This document shows, piece by piece, positions 60,401 to 62,000 of a stretch of DNA of 62,000 bases. The position numbers and the translations under genes were made by a program. The stretch comes from Wallemia ichthyophaga EXF-994 (taxonomy: Eukaryota; Fungi; Basidiomycota), in contig NW_008806291.1 in assembly GCF_000400465.1 (NCBI RefSeq), positions 1 through 62,000 of the forward strand. The letters are read 5' to 3'. Below the pieces are notes generated by a model, which did not search any database, had not been told where the DNA came from, and saw only the letters and a program-made list of their open reading frames with translations. The number at the start of each line of letters is the position of its first letter. Positions within the stretch are counted from its first letter, which is position 1.

Positions 60401-61994
60401 GAGTCAATTTCACCCAGCTCAACACGCCTTCCGTTCAGCTTGACTTGCTCCAATCCCATACGACCAAGGTACTCAACGTTGTTCCACTGATTCTTCTCGT
60501 CTAGCACAACGCGAGCCTTGTCGCCTGTTCTATACAGCCTGCCGAGACCTTGAACATTAATAAAAGCCTTTTCTGTCTGTTCGGCCATTTTTAAGTATCC
60601 TTTCGCCAGCTGAGGTCCGCCAATAGCGAGCTCGCCCGAGAATCCCATTGGCATGACCTTGTTGAGGGTTGGGTGAAGAATGAGCAGAGAAGCTGTATCA
60701 ATTGGAGGACCTAGCTTTGCACCTGACTGTTCGGATGGATGTTTACGGAGGGTTACGTTGATCGCTGCTTCGGTCGGTCCGTATGCGTTGTACAGCGAGT
60801 TGCCGGGGCGGGTGAAGTTGCTAATCACCCTATCTGACAGCTTCTCACCCATGGTCCACAGCTCAAACCCGTCCGGCAGTTTGTCTGGGTTGAAAAGGCC
60901 AGCAATTGAAGGTGTGGCCATCATGTGTGTGCAACGGAGCTTTGACACGACTAACTCGGGGTTGGTGAGAAATTCTGCGCGCGGAGAAGCACATATAGTG
61001 CTTCCAGAGCTGAGAGACATGAAAGTCTCCATGATGGACTGCATTGTGTCAGAGTTGCGGGTGTGTTGATATCAATAGTGAGACTTACAGGATCGAACGT
61101 CGACGGAGCGAATTGGAACCATCTTACCTTATTGTCGAGTGGCCTGACGGCTAAGTGAGATTGTATCGATGCTGCTGCTGCTGAATGCTGTATTTGGACA
61201 CCTTTAGGTTTGCCTGTTGAGCCAGAAGTGAAGAGAACGTATGCAACGTCGTCTGGGGTCGCTTGTTGGGGTGCGTCGACAGCCAAACACTCTCTACTCA
61301 AGTACTCGACCATAAAAGCAGAGACATCGATGTATTGGGTGTCTCGCTTAATCCAAGCATCACGCTCACCCAAGCCGAGTACGACGGATGCATCCAAATC
61401 ATCTAGTAATCCAAGCTGCCTTTCTACAGGCGCTTGTAGATCGAATGGGCTGAATGCATTGGCTGATTTCAGTGCAGCCAAGTACCCAATGTATAGTTCC
61501 AGCGAAGGTGGGAGAAGGAGAGGAACAACAGCACGGGTGCAAGGTATTTGCACAGCCAAAGCACTTGATAAGCTGTCTAGCTGAGCGTAGGTGAGTGTAG
61601 ATCCGTTGAAATCCACAGCGACGCAATCTGCGTGCATCTTGGATTGAGTGATGAAATCTGAGTGAAGTAATTTATCAATCGGAGGTTTGCTTGGTGGGTG
61701 ATTGAGTTTTGAAAGCGGGAGATCATCGTCGTTGTTGATAAAGAAGCGTTTGAGGGTGTGAGCGAGTTCTTGGCTGATACGATGCTTCATGGTAACATGG
61801 CCGTTGTTGATTGTGATGCGGAATAGATAGTCATCGCAGCTCGACTCGTAATCCTCATGCAGCTGGAAATCTTGGTGGGTGAATGGGGACACCTCGACGC
61901 TGCCATCGGCGCAAGAGATTGTACTGCCGTTGTGCTCGTAAGTAAATTCATCATCGCACAGGAATTCTTTCAGTAATGTTTGAAATCTTTCCAT
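48411..61994 (-). CDS. Ferrichrome-type (SidC/Fer3-like) NRPS, A-T-C-A-T-C-A(degenerate)-T-C-T-C-T-C
   Basis: ATG at 61994 after an A run; A1 YVLFTSGSTGKPKG, A2 YLIWTSGTTGAPKG; five T sites (LGIDS, LGVDS, LGVDS, LGIDS, LGLDS); five C sites HHxxxD; ~13 introns; stop at 48411 after a final exon ..VAGLGFE*. Confidence 0.93.
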
Positions 61995-62000
61995 TTTTTT

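Noticed and set aside
1-62000. tRNA, rRNA, CRISPR arrays, intact transposons, telomeric repeats
   Set aside because: No T-loop/cloverleaf, rRNA-like sequence, repeat-spacer array, RT/transposase ORF or telomere tract seen by eye; tRNAscan-SE or Infernal would be needed to exclude small ncRNAs.

Overview
Eukaryotic DNA from a very compact, intron-containing basidiomycete fungus (introns ~40-60 nt, GT..CTRAY..YAG; divergent start codons often only ~40 bp apart). Gene content and compaction suggest Wallemia or a similar fungus (inference, not demonstrated). Positions 1-5.3 kb have no long ORFs and hold decayed gene remnants, the clearest being a frameshifted GCN1 fragment. From 5.3 kb on there are ~26 tightly packed genes: two head-to-head Zn2Cys6 TFs, two CE4 deacetylases, a CCCH-Smr protein, BFR2, NDUFS8, CYP51, malic enzyme, back-to-back Pol eta and Pol alpha, a cupin, two MFS transporters, DPH2, RPP30, an HP1/Swi6-like protein, ALG14, FKBP12, a HEN1-like RNA methyltransferase, several hypothetical proteins and a complete ~13.6 kb SidC/Fer3-type NRPS. 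Top observations: (1) the NRPS third A domain, normally the hydroxyornithine-activating one, is catalytically decayed while all T and C domains are intact; (2) HEN1 and HP1 homologs; (3) Pol eta/Pol alpha share a 41-bp MCB-containing interval; (4) small spliced genes not resolved by the ORF track; (5) the decayed-gene zone. No tRNA, rRNA or CRISPR seen. All translations and splice models were made by eye.
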